From assembly GCA_035583355.1 (NCBI GenBank), contig DATEZQ010000001.1, positions 75,055 to 139,054 of the forward strand: a stretch of 64,000 nt of DNA, in the 5' to 3' direction. Source of the stretch: Minisyncoccota bacterium. Its GTDB lineage: Bacteria; Patescibacteriota; Minisyncoccia; Phycocordibacterales; UBA6899. Each line of letters begins with the position of its first letter. Positions within the stretch are counted from its first letter, which is position 1. The notes beneath the pieces are model-generated. The model saw only the letters and a program-made list of their open reading frames with translations. It did no database searches and was not told the origin of the DNA. This document shows, in pieces, positions 20,756 to 30,625 of the stretch. The translations under genes were made by a program, and so were the position numbers.

Positions 20756-21940
20756 ATGATCTCTGTGAGCATCGGTATGGGGAAGAACGATGACGCACGT
20801 CGAGCGGGAGCGGATGCAATCACTCAAGCGCTTGCGACATTGCCAGATAAACATGCACAGTGCGTGGTTGTTTTTGGCTCATCCCTTATTGATCAAGATG
20901 CACTTGTCGCCGGTATCAAGGATGCAGCACCGGGAATACAGATAGCGGGGTGTAGTACTGCGGGGGAGATTTCTAGTGAGGGTTTGGCCTCAGAGGGTGG
21001 CGTGGTTGTTGTGGCCTTCAATTCAGATCAACTGCACATTGGTACTGGTTTTGGGACACATATGCAATGGAACCCGCGTCGTAGTGGAATGGATCTTGCA
21101 GACACTATGCATGATGCCATGGAGGGAAATTTGTCCGCAGCAATCTTCTTTGCAAACGTTTTAAGTGGAGGAATGGAGGATGCGCTCATGGGTTTACGTC
21201 AGCAGGTTGGAGTGCCTATTACGTGTATTGCAGGTGGGGCTGCTGATAATTTCGCATTTTACGAAACAAGTCAATATTATAATGATCGCGCATTTGGTGA
21301 TGCAATCACTGGTGTTGGCTTTTCTGGAACATTCACTGCGGCAAGTGTAATTAAGCATGGATTCCTTCCAGTGGGAGTGCAGAGGCGCGTGACGAAAGCG
21401 ACAGGAAATATTATCGAGGAGATTGATGGAAGATCCGCCATTGCACTTTATGAGGAGTATTTCGGTGAACAGTACTCTACAATGCTCCAGCAAGGGAAAC
21501 TGACGGCATTTGCCTCCTCATATCCATTGGGTATTTATCATGATGGCGCTATTCATTCAGTGCTCCGTAGTCCATTGCGTGTCGATGTGGAGAAGGGTGC
21601 GATTGTGTGTGGAGGGAACGTCTCTGTGGGTAGTGGACTGAGGCTGATGATCTCTGATAAACAGCAGGCGGTAACTACCGCAAGAGACGCTGCAAGAGAG
21701 TTGATGCAAAAGCTCGGCGGCAAGAAGCCTAAGGTGGTATTTATGTTCTCATCTTCCGCACGACGCAAGATGCTCGGTCATTCTGCAGATAGGGAGGTGC
21801 GTGCAGTACAGGAGGAGGTTGGACGCGATGTTCCTCTCGCGGGTTTTTATAGTTATGCAGAATGTGCATTTTCTGCACGACCCGACGAGGCAGTAAGTAT
21901 GCATAATGGTTCAATTGCGCTATTTGCAATAGCAGAATAG
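20756..21940 (+). CDS. FIST domain sensory protein (FIST-N + FIST-C)
   Basis: Typical FIST N-terminus (SIGMGKNDDARRAGADA...VVFGSSLID...IAGCSTAGEI) and C-terminal FIST_C; sits immediately upstream of a histidine kinase. Confidence 0.8.
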   Translation: MISVSIGMGKNDDARRAGADAITQALATLPDKHAQCVVVFGSSLIDQDALVAGIKDAAPGIQIAGCSTAGEISSEGLASEGGVVVVAFNSDQLHIGTGFGTHMQWNPRRSGMDLADTMHDAMEGNLSAAIFFANVLSGGMEDALMGLRQQVGVPITCIAGGAADNFAFYETSQYYNDRAFGDAITGVGFSGTFTAASVIKHGFLPVGVQRRVTKATGNIIEEIDGRSAIALYEEYFGEQYSTMLQQGKLTAFASSYPLGIYHDGAIHSVLRSPLRVDVEKGAIVCGGNVSVGSGLRLMISDKQQAVTTARDAARELMQKLGGKKPKVVFMFSSSARRKMLGHSADREVRAVQEEVGRDVPLAGFYSYAECAFSARPDEAVSMHNGSIALFAIAE

Positions 21941-21944
21941 TTTT

Positions 21945-23414
21945 ATGACTGAAACAATTTCTACAAAAGTTGCTCGGGCATCATATACCTCATCTTTGTG
22001 GGTTGTTCGTGCACGTTGGTATTATGCGTTTCTCGCATTCATATTAGGAGTCATTTCAGTCACCCCAGGCCAGCAAACGGGTACTTTTGCATTACTTGGC
22101 ATTATGTTTGGAGTTGCCTTGCTCGGTAATCTTATATTAAGCGTATATCTGGTGCGTAGCGACCCCGTCGTACTTGGTGAGATCAATCTATGGAGGATAA
22201 ATATTGGTCAAGTAATTTTCGACTTGCTCTATATCTTCTTCATGCTTGTTGCTACCGGAGCAGGACTTGCATCATTTGTACATGTATTCTTCTTTGTACC
22301 CATCATTGTTTCGATGATTCTATTCGGCTTTCGGGGTGCGATGAGTGTTGCTGGGCTCTCAGGTCTCTTTCTTATCGTTTCAGGGCTTGCCGAGAACGGA
22401 ATGCTCAGGGCGTTGCTTACGCACCCCACCGCACTTCCGCAGATGCTTCGATCTGGCGATGTATTGCTTGGTCTCGTGCAGTCCGGAGTTGTGGTTTTGA
22501 TTTACCTACTTATTGGCTATTTCTCTGGGACTGTTGCACGTACGCTTGCTTCTCGCGAAGCTGACTTGCGTAGAGAGTTTTTGGAGGAAGAGGCTATGGT
22601 TAATAGACTCAAGGACCTAACCCGAGATTTTGAGTTAAGTTCAAAAATGCTTGTGCGACGTGATATAGAACTGACTATGGCAAATGAGCGGATGCAGGCG
22701 CTTGATGCGATGAAGACAGAGATCATTTCTGTGGCTGCACATCAATTACGAACACCACTCTCTGGAATGAAGTGGATGATGAAGATGCTTCTTGTTGGTG
22801 ATATTGGAGAAATCTCAATGGAGCAGCGCGAAATCATACAGAGAGGGTATGAATCAAATGAGCGCTTAATACGACTAGTGAATGACATGCTTGCTGTCGA
22901 CCGACTTGAGTCTGGAAGAGTGAAGTACGTGTTTGTTCCCGTTCAAATACAATCTCTTATAGAAAAAGTTGTTGCAGACCTATTGCAGAGAGCTGCGGAG
23001 AAGCAGGTTCATATCGTTACAAAGCTCGCACCCGATGTTCCGAGACTGTATCTTGATCCAGAGCGAATTACTGATCTCCTTAATAATCTTATTGATAATG
23101 CTATCAAGTACAGCAAGAACGATGGTGTAATTAATGTTGTGCTTGCAAAGGTTGAAGAGAGTGCGCGCATCATTGTGTCAGACGAGGGTATTGGTATTCC
23201 AGATCGAGATCAGGCACATGTCTTTTCTCGTTTCTTTAGGGCATCAAACGCGATGCAGCATTTTACGGAAGGATCAGGGTTGGGACTTTCCATTGCGCAG
23301 AGTGTTGCACTTCGCCATGGTGGAAAGATTTGGTTTGAGTCAAAGGAGGGTGTGGGGACGATATTTACCGTTCAACTACCTATTACGCAGCGCAATGCAG
23401 AACTTGGGCAATAA
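21945..23414 (+). CDS. membrane-bound sensor histidine kinase (multi-TM sensor, HisKA, HATPase_c)
   Basis: About 6 N-terminal TM helices; H-box ISVAAHQLRTPLSGMKW; HATPase boxes NLIDNAIKYS...GSGLGLSIAQ. Confidence 0.85.
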   Translation: MTETISTKVARASYTSSLWVVRARWYYAFLAFILGVISVTPGQQTGTFALLGIMFGVALLGNLILSVYLVRSDPVVLGEINLWRINIGQVIFDLLYIFFMLVATGAGLASFVHVFFFVPIIVSMILFGFRGAMSVAGLSGLFLIVSGLAENGMLRALLTHPTALPQMLRSGDVLLGLVQSGVVVLIYLLIGYFSGTVARTLASREADLRREFLEEEAMVNRLKDLTRDFELSSKMLVRRDIELTMANERMQALDAMKTEIISVAAHQLRTPLSGMKWMMKMLLVGDIGEISMEQREIIQRGYESNERLIRLVNDMLAVDRLESGRVKYVFVPVQIQSLIEKVVADLLQRAAEKQVHIVTKLAPDVPRLYLDPERITDLLNNLIDNAIKYSKNDGVINVVLAKVEESARIIVSDEGIGIPDRDQAHVFSRFFRASNAMQHFTEGSGLGLSIAQSVALRHGGKIWFESKEGVGTIFTVQLPITQRNAELGQ

Positions 23415-23498
23415 TTATTGTACGTTACCATTTTGTTATTATATAGCTTGGGTTTTTTGACGGTGTGCATGAAATTTTCATGTTATAATAGCTAAAAC

Positions 23499-24293
23499 AT
23501 GTCAGCCATCATTCTTTTTTCTGAGCAGCAAAAGCTCATTGACGGACTTAAGACCGTGCTTTCTCCACAGGGTGTTTCTGTGGTGCCCGTTGCTGATCCG
23601 ACACAATTTTTGCCAACAGTACTATCAACGAAGCCCGCATTGATCATCATTGATGTTGCTGTTGCGGGGAAAACTGGTCTTGCACATCTCGAGGAACTTC
23701 GCAAGGCAGATCAAGGGATTGCAAATACTCCCGTGATTATCGGTGAAGAGACTGGTGATCTTATGGTTATTTCTCGTGCACTGCAATTCCAAGTGGCCGA
23801 TTATTTCGTTACGGGAAAGTTCGACGCTCAATCTACACTCTCCAAGATTTTCAAGCACTTACCTCAAAGTGAGGGAGTTATTCTGCCACCATCAGTACAA
23901 ATTCGTGAGGACAACAAGCATTTCACGCTGCTCTTGATAGAAGATGATCGTTTCTTACGCGATCTCGCAATTCAAAAGTTTTCTGCAGATAAGAGTCTTA
24001 CGGTTATCACTGCGATGGATGGAGAGCAGGGTGTTATGCTTGCTGAGAAGCATATTCCACACGTTATTCTTCTTGATATTTTACTTCCAGGAATCGATGG
24101 GTTCGAAGTCTTGAAGCGTATACGCGCAAAACCTCAATTTGGCCGTACGGTGATTGCTATGCTTTCGAACTTTGGACAGCGAGAAGATATAGACAAGGCC
24201 ATGCAGCTTGGAGCAAATCAGTTCTTCATCAAAGCAAATTTCACACTTGATGAGATCGTTGAAGAGGTCAAGAAGATGCTTTCGAAGTACTAA
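23499..24293 (+). CDS. response regulator with two tandem receiver domains, no output domain
   Basis: Second REC is canonical (LLIEDDRFLRDL...VILLDILLPGIDGFEVL...); the first REC-like half lacks the conserved acidic pocket. Confidence 0.8.
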   Translation: MSAIILFSEQQKLIDGLKTVLSPQGVSVVPVADPTQFLPTVLSTKPALIIIDVAVAGKTGLAHLEELRKADQGIANTPVIIGEETGDLMVISRALQFQVADYFVTGKFDAQSTLSKIFKHLPQSEGVILPPSVQIREDNKHFTLLLIEDDRFLRDLAIQKFSADKSLTVITAMDGEQGVMLAEKHIPHVILLDILLPGIDGFEVLKRIRAKPQFGRTVIAMLSNFGQREDIDKAMQLGANQFFIKANFTLDEIVEEVKKMLSKY

Positions 24294-24411
24294 GCATAAT
24301 AATTTTTTCAAAAACGCAACTTGTTAGTTGCGTTTTTGATTGCACTTTTACTGTATGACGAACACCAAGGATGCTATACACTTTCTTGTGCTCTTGTGGT
24401 AATCTGAGGGG

Positions 24412-27018
24412 ATGACGAAAGGGAAAGTTAAGGCGCAAGAGGATATTGTCATCCGTGGAGCTCGTACACATAATTTGAAGAATATTTCACTCACCATACC
24501 CCGAAACAACATGATTGTGTTTACGGGTCTTTCTGGTTCAGGAAAATCATCTTTGGCTTTTGATACGATCTTCGCCGAAGGACAGCGCCGTTATGTTGAG
24601 TCACTCTCCGCATATGCAAGACAGTTTTTACACACAATGCAGAAACCAGATGTGGATGAGATTACCGGACTTTCACCGGCTATTTCTATCGATCAAAAGT
24701 CTCACTCCTCGAATCCTCGTTCTACTGTGGCAACAATCACCGAGATTAACGATTATCTCCGTGTGCTTTTTGCGCGCATTGGAGTGCCGCATTGTTTGCT
24801 CTGTGGGAAGCCAATCAAGCGTTTGACGAATGAGGAAATCCTCGCTTTTGCATTTCAGCGTGCCGATGAGCTCATTGCAAACTCGGGAAAGCGTGAGGTT
24901 ATGGGTGTTGAGCTCACGGATGCAAAGATCGGTATTTATGCTCCAGTAGTGCGAGGTCGCAAAGGGGAGTACTATCAGATGCTTTATGACTACCTTGGGA
25001 AGGGTTACGCAAAAGTGCGCGTTGACGGTGAGACGAAGAGTCTCCGTGAGCGCATCACACTCACGAAGACGAAAGTCCACGATATCGACCTCCTTGTCGA
25101 TGAGTTTTATGCTTCAGAATTCAAGGATGATGAGCGTGGAGTGCGTGAGCGTCTTTCTGAGGCGGTAGAGAGGGCTCTTGAAGAAGCAGACGGGTTAGTA
25201 AAATTGATAGTTGGTGATGAGGAGGTGTTGCTCTCTGCTAAGTTTGCATGTCCAGATGATGGATTTTCATATCCAGAGATTGAGCCTCGTCTGTTCTCAT
25301 TCAATTCACCTGCAGGTGCTTGTGCTACATGTAATGGTCTTGGGACAAAGTATTTGTTTGGCGAAGAGGTCTGTGAAACTTGTAATGGTGCTCGCTTGCG
25401 AGAGGAAGCACTCCATGTGCGTATCGGAGATAAGAATATTGTGGACATTACAGACTTCTCTGTTGATGACGCTTTCGAGTATTTCGCACTCCTCGAGCTT
25501 TCTCCATTTGAACAACAGGTTTCTGGCGTTGTTACAAAGGAAATCACTACGAGACTCACCTTTATGCGTGATGTTGGTATTGGCTACCTGACGCTCGGCC
25601 GCCGTGCAAACACGCTCTCTGGGGGTGAGGCACAGCGCATACGACTTGCATCACAGCTTGGTTCGCGTTTGGTGGGTGCACTGTACGTGCTTGATGAGCC
25701 AACGATTGGCCTCCATCAGCGCGATAATGACAAGCTCGTGAAGACACTTCGTGACCTTTGTGATATCGGAAATACCATCATCGTCGTTGAGCATGATGAA
25801 GATACGATCTTTGCCTCTGACTATATCGTCGATATTGGACCTGGTGCAGGTGTTCATGGTGGAAATGTGATGACATGTGGATATTTGGATGATGTCCTTA
25901 CGGACCCAAAGCAGCAGTCATTGACACTCGACTACTTACGTAGGGATAAGGTCATCGAAGTACCTGAGAAGCGTCGCGATGTGGAGATGGGGAAGCTTGT
26001 GGTCCAAGGCGCATCAATCTTCACGATCAAGAACCTTACCGCAGAGGTGCCGCTCGGCCGTCTCGTGTGTATTACCGGTGTCTCGGGATCGGGAAAGTCG
26101 ACGTTCTTGTATGAAGTCATTCACAAGAATCTCGAACACTCATTCGATAGGCATAAGAAGTCAAACAAACCAGTGAATGCATCGGTATTCTCGGGTACTG
26201 AATACATCAACCGCGTCGTTTTGATCGACCAAACTGCAATCGGACGTACACCACGCAGTAACCCTGCAACCTATACCGGCTCCTGGACGTTCATCCGTGA
26301 TCTCTTCGCGGAGACCGAAGAAGCGAAAGTACGCGGATGGAAGTCTTCGCGATTCTCATTCAATGTGCGTGGAGGACGCTGTGAAGCTTGTGAGGGCAAT
26401 GGACAGATCGCAGTGGAAATGCACTTCTTGCCTACGGTATACGTGCTCTGTGAGGTCTGTCAGGGTAAGCGCTTCATGAAGGAGACACTTGAGGTGAAAT
26501 TCCGAAAGAAGACCATCTATGACATACTCGAAATGACTATAGAGGAGGCAACGATATTCTTCAATGATATTCCTGCTATTCATGACCGCTTACGCACACT
26601 CGAGGAGGTGGGCCTTGGGTATCTCAAACTGGGTCAGTCTGCGACGACGCTTTCGGGTGGAGAGGCACAGCGCGTGAAAATTGCCGCAGAGCTCTACCGT
26701 CCACATCAAGATCGCACACTCTACATGCTTGATGAGCCAACGGTTGGATTGCATTTTGATGACGTGCGCAAGCTCATCGAGATTCTTCAGGCACTGGTCA
26801 AGAAGGGGAATAGCGTCCTCTTGATTGAGCACAATCTTGATGTCATCAAGTCAGCAGATTGGCTTATCGATTTCGGTCCCGAAGGTGGGGTTGGTGGTGG
26901 GCGCATCGTTGCAAAAGGTACCCCTGAGGATGTTGCTGCGAATACTAATTCTGCAACGGGTCAGTATCTCGCAAAGGTACTTAATCGCGGACACAAAACA
27001 AAATCAAAGAAAAAGTAG
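24412..27018 (+). CDS. uvrA: excinuclease ABC subunit A (UvrA)
   Basis: Two ABC modules ([15 protein letters not shown]..., [10 protein letters not shown]), LSGGEAQR signatures x2, zinc-finger Cys clusters; 868 aa, slightly shorter than canonical. Confidence 0.95.
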   Translation: MTKGKVKAQEDIVIRGARTHNLKNISLTIPRNNMIVFTGLSGSGKSSLAFDTIFAEGQRRYVESLSAYARQFLHTMQKPDVDEITGLSPAISIDQKSHSSNPRSTVATITEINDYLRVLFARIGVPHCLLCGKPIKRLTNEEILAFAFQRADELIANSGKREVMGVELTDAKIGIYAPVVRGRKGEYYQMLYDYLGKGYAKVRVDGETKSLRERITLTKTKVHDIDLLVDEFYASEFKDDERGVRERLSEAVERALEEADGLVKLIVGDEEVLLSAKFACPDDGFSYPEIEPRLFSFNSPAGACATCNGLGTKYLFGEEVCETCNGARLREEALHVRIGDKNIVDITDFSVDDAFEYFALLELSPFEQQVSGVVTKEITTRLTFMRDVGIGYLTLGRRANTLSGGEAQRIRLASQLGSRLVGALYVLDEPTIGLHQRDNDKLVKTLRDLCDIGNTIIVVEHDEDTIFASDYIVDIGPGAGVHGGNVMTCGYLDDVLTDPKQQSLTLDYLRRDKVIEVPEKRRDVEMGKLVVQGASIFTIKNLTAEVPLGRLVCITGVSGSGKSTFLYEVIHKNLEHSFDRHKKSNKPVNASVFSGTEYINRVVLIDQTAIGRTPRSNPATYTGSWTFIRDLFAETEEAKVRGWKSSRFSFNVRGGRCEACEGNGQIAVEMHFLPTVYVLCEVCQGKRFMKETLEVKFRKKTIYDILEMTIEEATIFFNDIPAIHDRLRTLEEVGLGYLKLGQSATTLSGGEAQRVKIAAELYRPHQDRTLYMLDEPTVGLHFDDVRKLIEILQALVKKGNSVLLIEHNLDVIKSADWLIDFGPEGGVGGGRIVAKGTPEDVAANTNSATGQYLAKVLNRGHKTKSKKK

Positions 27019-27180
27019 TTGAATTTTTTTCGCGCAGCGAGCTTGCTGCTGAACAGTGGGTCATATTGAGCTAACTATTGTCTCGCAACAGCCATCGTCA
27101 AGGCGCTCCTGCGCCCAACTTACAGCGTAAGCTGGACTCTGTGAGCTGGGCTCAGCGAGCCGGAATCAGGAGAATAATAT

Positions 27181-27208
27181 AAATGCCCCACATCCTGTGG
27201 GGCATTTT
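27181..27208. terminator. bidirectional hairpin terminator
   Basis: AAATGCCCCACA-TCC-TGTGGGGCATTTT. Confidence 0.6.
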
Positions 27209-27209
27209 A

Positions 27210-27578
27210 TTATTCGAGCGTGTAGCGAGAGCGAATCAGTGACTGGTGGAAATTGGTGAAGAAGTGTTCCTTCTTGCATAGTTCTGACAGTCGCGAGACC
27301 GGATCTCGGTATGCGGTAATAAGCACACGGAAGATTTGGTTGTGGCTGACAATTTCACCTTTCGGGTCTCTGTAGTTCCGCTTGTAGCGAGCCAGAGTGA
27401 ATACGAAGTGATCAGTACAGCGGATCAGCAGGTCAAGCGGGGAAATGCTTGGGTCATCAAGGCCAAGGCCTTGATTGCTGAGGAGCTGAGTGAAGAGCGA
27501 AATCCACCGCTGTTCTTGTCCCCCCATAGGGAGCGTGCTTCGAGGGTCTGCTTCGTTAAGTTCAGGTTGGATAGGCAT
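27210..27578 (-). CDS. hypothetical protein
   Basis: ORF 27210..27620; start chosen at internal ATG 27578; no domain recognised. Confidence 0.4.
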   Translation of the reverse strand: MPIQPELNEADPRSTLPMGGQEQRWISLFTQLLSNQGLGLDDPSISPLDLLIRCTDHFVFTLARYKRNYRDPKGEIVSHNQIFRVLITAYRDPVSRLSELCKKEHFFTNFHQSLIRSRYTLE

Positions 27579-27679
27579 GGTGGCCTCCTTGTGTAAAGGT
27601 TGGGTATTGGTGGTCACCAATGAGTGTGCTTGGTATAGGTTGGCTTTTTGCTTTTGACACTATACCGAAGTACAGTATC

Positions 27680-28981
27680 ATGGCGCCAATCTATTGCATC
27701 TGCTTGCAAACTACCACTCGGTCATGTTATCGTCAAGAGGTGAAATTGGCTGATTTTAAAGCCACAGAACTGTCCACGAACCCCGGTGTGTATCGATTTC
27801 TCGATGCCGAGGATAATGTACTTTATGTGGGTAAAGCGACAAACCTGCGCCAAAGAGTGCGTAGTTATTTTGATGATGATCTTATCAAGACACGCGGACG
27901 CTTTATTGTTGATATGGTTACCCGTGCGGCCCGAATAGTCTCAGAAGATGCCCCAACGGTACTTGATGCGCTCATTAAGGAGGCGGCATTGATAAAGGAA
28001 ATTCAGCCACCATATAATACTCGAGAGAAGGATAATAGGAGTTTTACCTATATCGTCATTACAAATGAGGATTATCCACGAGTGCTCGCATTACGCGAAC
28101 GTACGATGGCAATGGGTGATGAAGAAGAAGGTCAATACAAACAAGTTTATGGGCCATTCCCAAGTGGTGCAACAGTACGCACACTACTATCGCTCGTCAG
28201 GCGGATAATCCCATTTCGTGATAAGTGCACGCCACATCAAGGTAAGCCATGTTTCCATAAGCAGCTTGGCTTGTGTCCCGGTGTGTGCGATGGTTCTATC
28301 TCGAGCAAGGACTATGGAAAGCTCGTCGCAGAGCTCATGCTTTTCTTTGGAGGTAAGAGAGAAAAGCTTATCACTCAGCTTGAGCAGCAAATGAAAAAGG
28401 CTGCAAAAGCAATGGCTTTTGAAGAAGCGGCAGAATGTAAGCGGGTACTTTTCGCCCTCACTCACATTAACGACGTTGCGCTTATTACTGATGAGACAAG
28501 ACTCGCTTCACAGCGCTCTGCTAAAATACGTGAGCGCGCCTTTCGTATCGAGGGGTACGATATTGCACATCTTTTCGGAACATATACTGTCGGTGTGATG
28601 ACTGTAGTGCATGATGGTAGGCCAGAAAAATCACAGTATCGTAAGTTTAAGATCAGAGAAGAGGAAGGAGTCATAGATGATTTTAAGCGTCTAGAAGAAG
28701 TATTAAGGAGACGCTTCGCGCATAAGGAATGGCAGATACCCGATGTCATTGTTGTTGATGGTGGCCGTGCGCATCTCTTGCGTGCGCGTAGGGTGCTCGA
28801 GCGCTTACATGTCGATGTACCCGTCGTTGCATTGGTGAAGGATGATAGACATAAAGCGAAAGCAATCATTGGTAATCGCACGCTTGCAGAGTCATATCGA
28901 CCGTCAATTGTGCTTGTAAATATGGAGGCACATCGCTTCGCAGTGAACTACCACAGAGAACTCCGAGAAAAGCTCCCTTAG
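27680..28981 (+). CDS. uvrC: excinuclease ABC subunit C homolog (UvrC), short form lacking C-terminal HhH domain
   Basis: GIY-YIG motif GVYRFLDAEDNVLYVGKATNLRQRVRSYF, UvrBC-interaction region, RNaseH-like endonuclease domain (RIEGYDIAHLFGTYTVGVMTV); ends after this domain. Start uncertain: ATG 27620/27680, or TTG 27746 preceded by AAGAGG. Confidence 0.85.
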   Translation: MAPIYCICLQTTTRSCYRQEVKLADFKATELSTNPGVYRFLDAEDNVLYVGKATNLRQRVRSYFDDDLIKTRGRFIVDMVTRAARIVSEDAPTVLDALIKEAALIKEIQPPYNTREKDNRSFTYIVITNEDYPRVLALRERTMAMGDEEEGQYKQVYGPFPSGATVRTLLSLVRRIIPFRDKCTPHQGKPCFHKQLGLCPGVCDGSISSKDYGKLVAELMLFFGGKREKLITQLEQQMKKAAKAMAFEEAAECKRVLFALTHINDVALITDETRLASQRSAKIRERAFRIEGYDIAHLFGTYTVGVMTVVHDGRPEKSQYRKFKIREEEGVIDDFKRLEEVLRRRFAHKEWQIPDVIVVDGGRAHLLRARRVLERLHVDVPVVALVKDDRHKAKAIIGNRTLAESYRPSIVLVNMEAHRFAVNYHRELREKLP

Positions 28982-29061
28982 GGAGCTTTTCTTATGAAAA
29001 CTTCAGTAACCTCTGTGCATATGTTCATAGCGCCCCTCTATGGATGTGATAGTATGTAGGT

Positions 29062-30030
29062 ATGTCTATGCACCGCAAACGTGTCGCCGTTGTGCGCGGA
29101 GGTCCTTCCGCAGAATATAGTGTTTCGCTGAAAACTGGTGAGTCTGTTTTGCGACACCTTGATAGGGAAAAATATCAGCCTCATGATGTCGTTTTGACAC
29201 GTGATGGCGTGTGGTATATCAATGGAGTGCGTTCTACTTTTGCTGATATCGCGCAACACTCTGACGTTATTTTCAATGCAATGCATGGAGAGTTTGGTGA
29301 AGATGGAAAGGCACAGCAGCTTTTTCAGTCGTTCGGTATTCCGTATACAGGATCTGATGCGCTTGCATCTGCGATTGGAATGCACAAAGGGCTTGCAAAA
29401 GAGCGTTTCACTGCAGCGGGGCTCAAGGTCGCACGAGGTGAAGTGGTGCCCCGTGATGCAGAAATGCCTGGTGTTGCGTATCATCTTGGGACAGACATGG
29501 GCTTTCCGCTCATCGTTAAGCCTGTGACCGGTGGTTCTTCGGTAGCGACGCGTATTGTACGTAATGAAACCGATCTTGTGATCGCTATGGATGCAGCTGC
29601 AAAATACGGCGATGTGCTTGTTGAAGAATATATTGAAGGAAAAGAAGGAACATGTGCAGTTGTCGATACGGGAGATGGAGAACATTTTGTACTTTATCCA
29701 ATCGAGATTAAGCCACATGCATCAAAGGAGCTCTTCGACTTTGACGCTAAGTATGATGGCAGCTCAGAAGAAATATGCCCAGGAAATTTCACTATTGGAA
29801 TGATGACACAACTACGTGATGCTGCTTCGCTCGCTCATAGAGCAATAGGAGCACGGCATTATTCTCGCTCCGATTTCATCGTGACTCCGACGGAAGTATA
29901 CATACTTGAGATTAACACCTTACCGGGACTTACTGAGGGGTCATTGCTTCCAAAGGCACTTGAAGCAAGTAATGTATCGATGTCTGAGTTCTTAGAGCAT
30001 GTGATAGAGTTAGCCCTTCGAGGGAAATAA
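29062..30030 (+). CDS. ddl: D-alanine--D-alanine ligase
   Basis: RVAVVRGGPSAEYSVSLKTG N-terminus and the ATP-grasp Ddl core (EYIEGKE..., LEINTLPG). Confidence 0.9.
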   Translation: MSMHRKRVAVVRGGPSAEYSVSLKTGESVLRHLDREKYQPHDVVLTRDGVWYINGVRSTFADIAQHSDVIFNAMHGEFGEDGKAQQLFQSFGIPYTGSDALASAIGMHKGLAKERFTAAGLKVARGEVVPRDAEMPGVAYHLGTDMGFPLIVKPVTGGSSVATRIVRNETDLVIAMDAAAKYGDVLVEEYIEGKEGTCAVVDTGDGEHFVLYPIEIKPHASKELFDFDAKYDGSSEEICPGNFTIGMMTQLRDAASLAHRAIGARHYSRSDFIVTPTEVYILEINTLPGLTEGSLLPKALEASNVSMSEFLEHVIELALRGK

Positions 30031-30124
30031 AAACACACTTCCAGTGTGTTTTTTGTATAAAATATGTATGGAGCAAAAGGGAGGGGGAGGGTGGAGGAAC
30101 TAAAAAGTATGGTGCTATCCCCAC

Positions 30125-30153
30125 TTGCAAAAATTTTTCAATCATGTATATTT
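30125..30153 (+). promoter_or_regulatory. putative sigma70-type promoter of tRNA-Ala (TTGCAA -35 / TATATT -10)
   Basis: TTGCAA at 30125-30130, 16-17 nt spacer, ATATTT/TATATT, about 10 nt before the tRNA 5' end; same TTGCAA -35 seen upstream of tRNA-Lys and tRNA-Leu. Confidence 0.45.
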
Positions 30154-30163
30154 ATCTCCACAC

Positions 30164-30236
30164 GGGCCCATAGCTCAGTTGGTAGAGCAGCGCATTTGCA
30201 ATGCGAAGGTCGCAGGTTCAAATCCTGTTGGGTCCA
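30164..30236 (+). tRNA. tRNA-Ala (anticodon TGC), no encoded CCA
   Basis: Manual cloverleaf: acceptor GGGCCCA/TGGGTCC with the Ala identity pair G3:U70, D-arm GCTC-AGTTGGTA-GAGC, anticodon loop TTTGCAA, T-arm GCAGG-TTCAAAT-CCTGT, discriminator A. Confidence 0.9.
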
Positions 30237-30300
30237 CAGAGGTAGAAAAAAGAGCGCAAGCTCTTTTTTCTTTTACCTCTGTGAGACCCAACAGGATTTG
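30218..30300. repeat. extended imperfect palindrome: tRNA-Ala 3' end / terminator-like hairpin / inverted copy of tRNA 3' end
   Basis: TCAAATCCTGTTGGGTCCACAGAGGTAGAAAAAAGAGC-GCAA-GCTCTTTTTTCTTTTACCTCTGTGAGACCCAACAGGATTTGA; arms about 38 nt. Confidence 0.7.
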
Positions 30301-30446
30301 AAAGACGGAGCCGGGCACCGTCGCCCGGCGCTGATTTTATCCGGCCAAAGGCCGTGATAAATCCAGCCGCGCGCACGGTCGGCGAGTCGGGGTCGCGAGT
30401 ACTTAGCAAATAAGGAGCGAAGCTCCGCATTTGCTTAGTAACTTGT
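30237..30446 (+). repeat. tRNA-3'-trailer structured repeat element, copy E1 (truncated), candidate ncRNA
   Basis: Reverse complement aligns with E2-E4: shares the CGCGACCCCGACTCGCCGAC...GCGCGCGGCTGGATTT core, the GCCGGGC/GCCCGGC hairpin, the GGATTTATC...GATAAATCC hairpin and a CTTAG-flanked variable hairpin; lacks the distal ~90 nt. Confidence 0.6.
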
Positions 30447-30625
30447 GACCAAATCCTGTTGGGTCCTCCATTCTTTCTTTTGTATTTGAATTTGCATTTC
30501 CGGTGACAGAGGGGCAAATCCTGTTGGGTCTCTCTGGTTACGAGCGAAGCACCTTATTGTATTTGTGACTCGTGACCAAATCCTGTTGGGTCCTCTGCAT
30601 TCTTGTATTTTGCATTTCTCCTAAT
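30447..30625 (+). repeat. array of direct repeats of the tRNA-Ala 3' end (att-like fragments)
   Basis: CCAAATCCTGTTGGGTCC at 30449-30466, CAAATCCTGTTGGGTC at 30515-30530, CCAAATCCTGTTGGGTCC at 30576-30593; copies 1 and 3 sit in a ~60-nt duplicated unit (GTGACCAAATCCTGTTGGGTCCTC...ATTC..TTGTATTT..GCATTTC). Confidence 0.7.

Noticed and set aside
30064-30357. 97-aa ORF on the plus strand
   Set aside because: It runs straight through tRNA-Ala and the downstream hairpin and repeat region, and it is Arg/Gly-rich translation of structured RNA sequence. Spurious.
30440-30625. Possible mini-CRISPR array (repeats of about 17 nt with 45-50 nt spacers)
   Set aside because: The repeat is simply the 3' end of the adjacent tRNA-Ala. 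There are only 3 copies, the spacing is irregular, two spacers are near-duplicates of each other, and no cas genes are present. It is better explained as att-site duplications.
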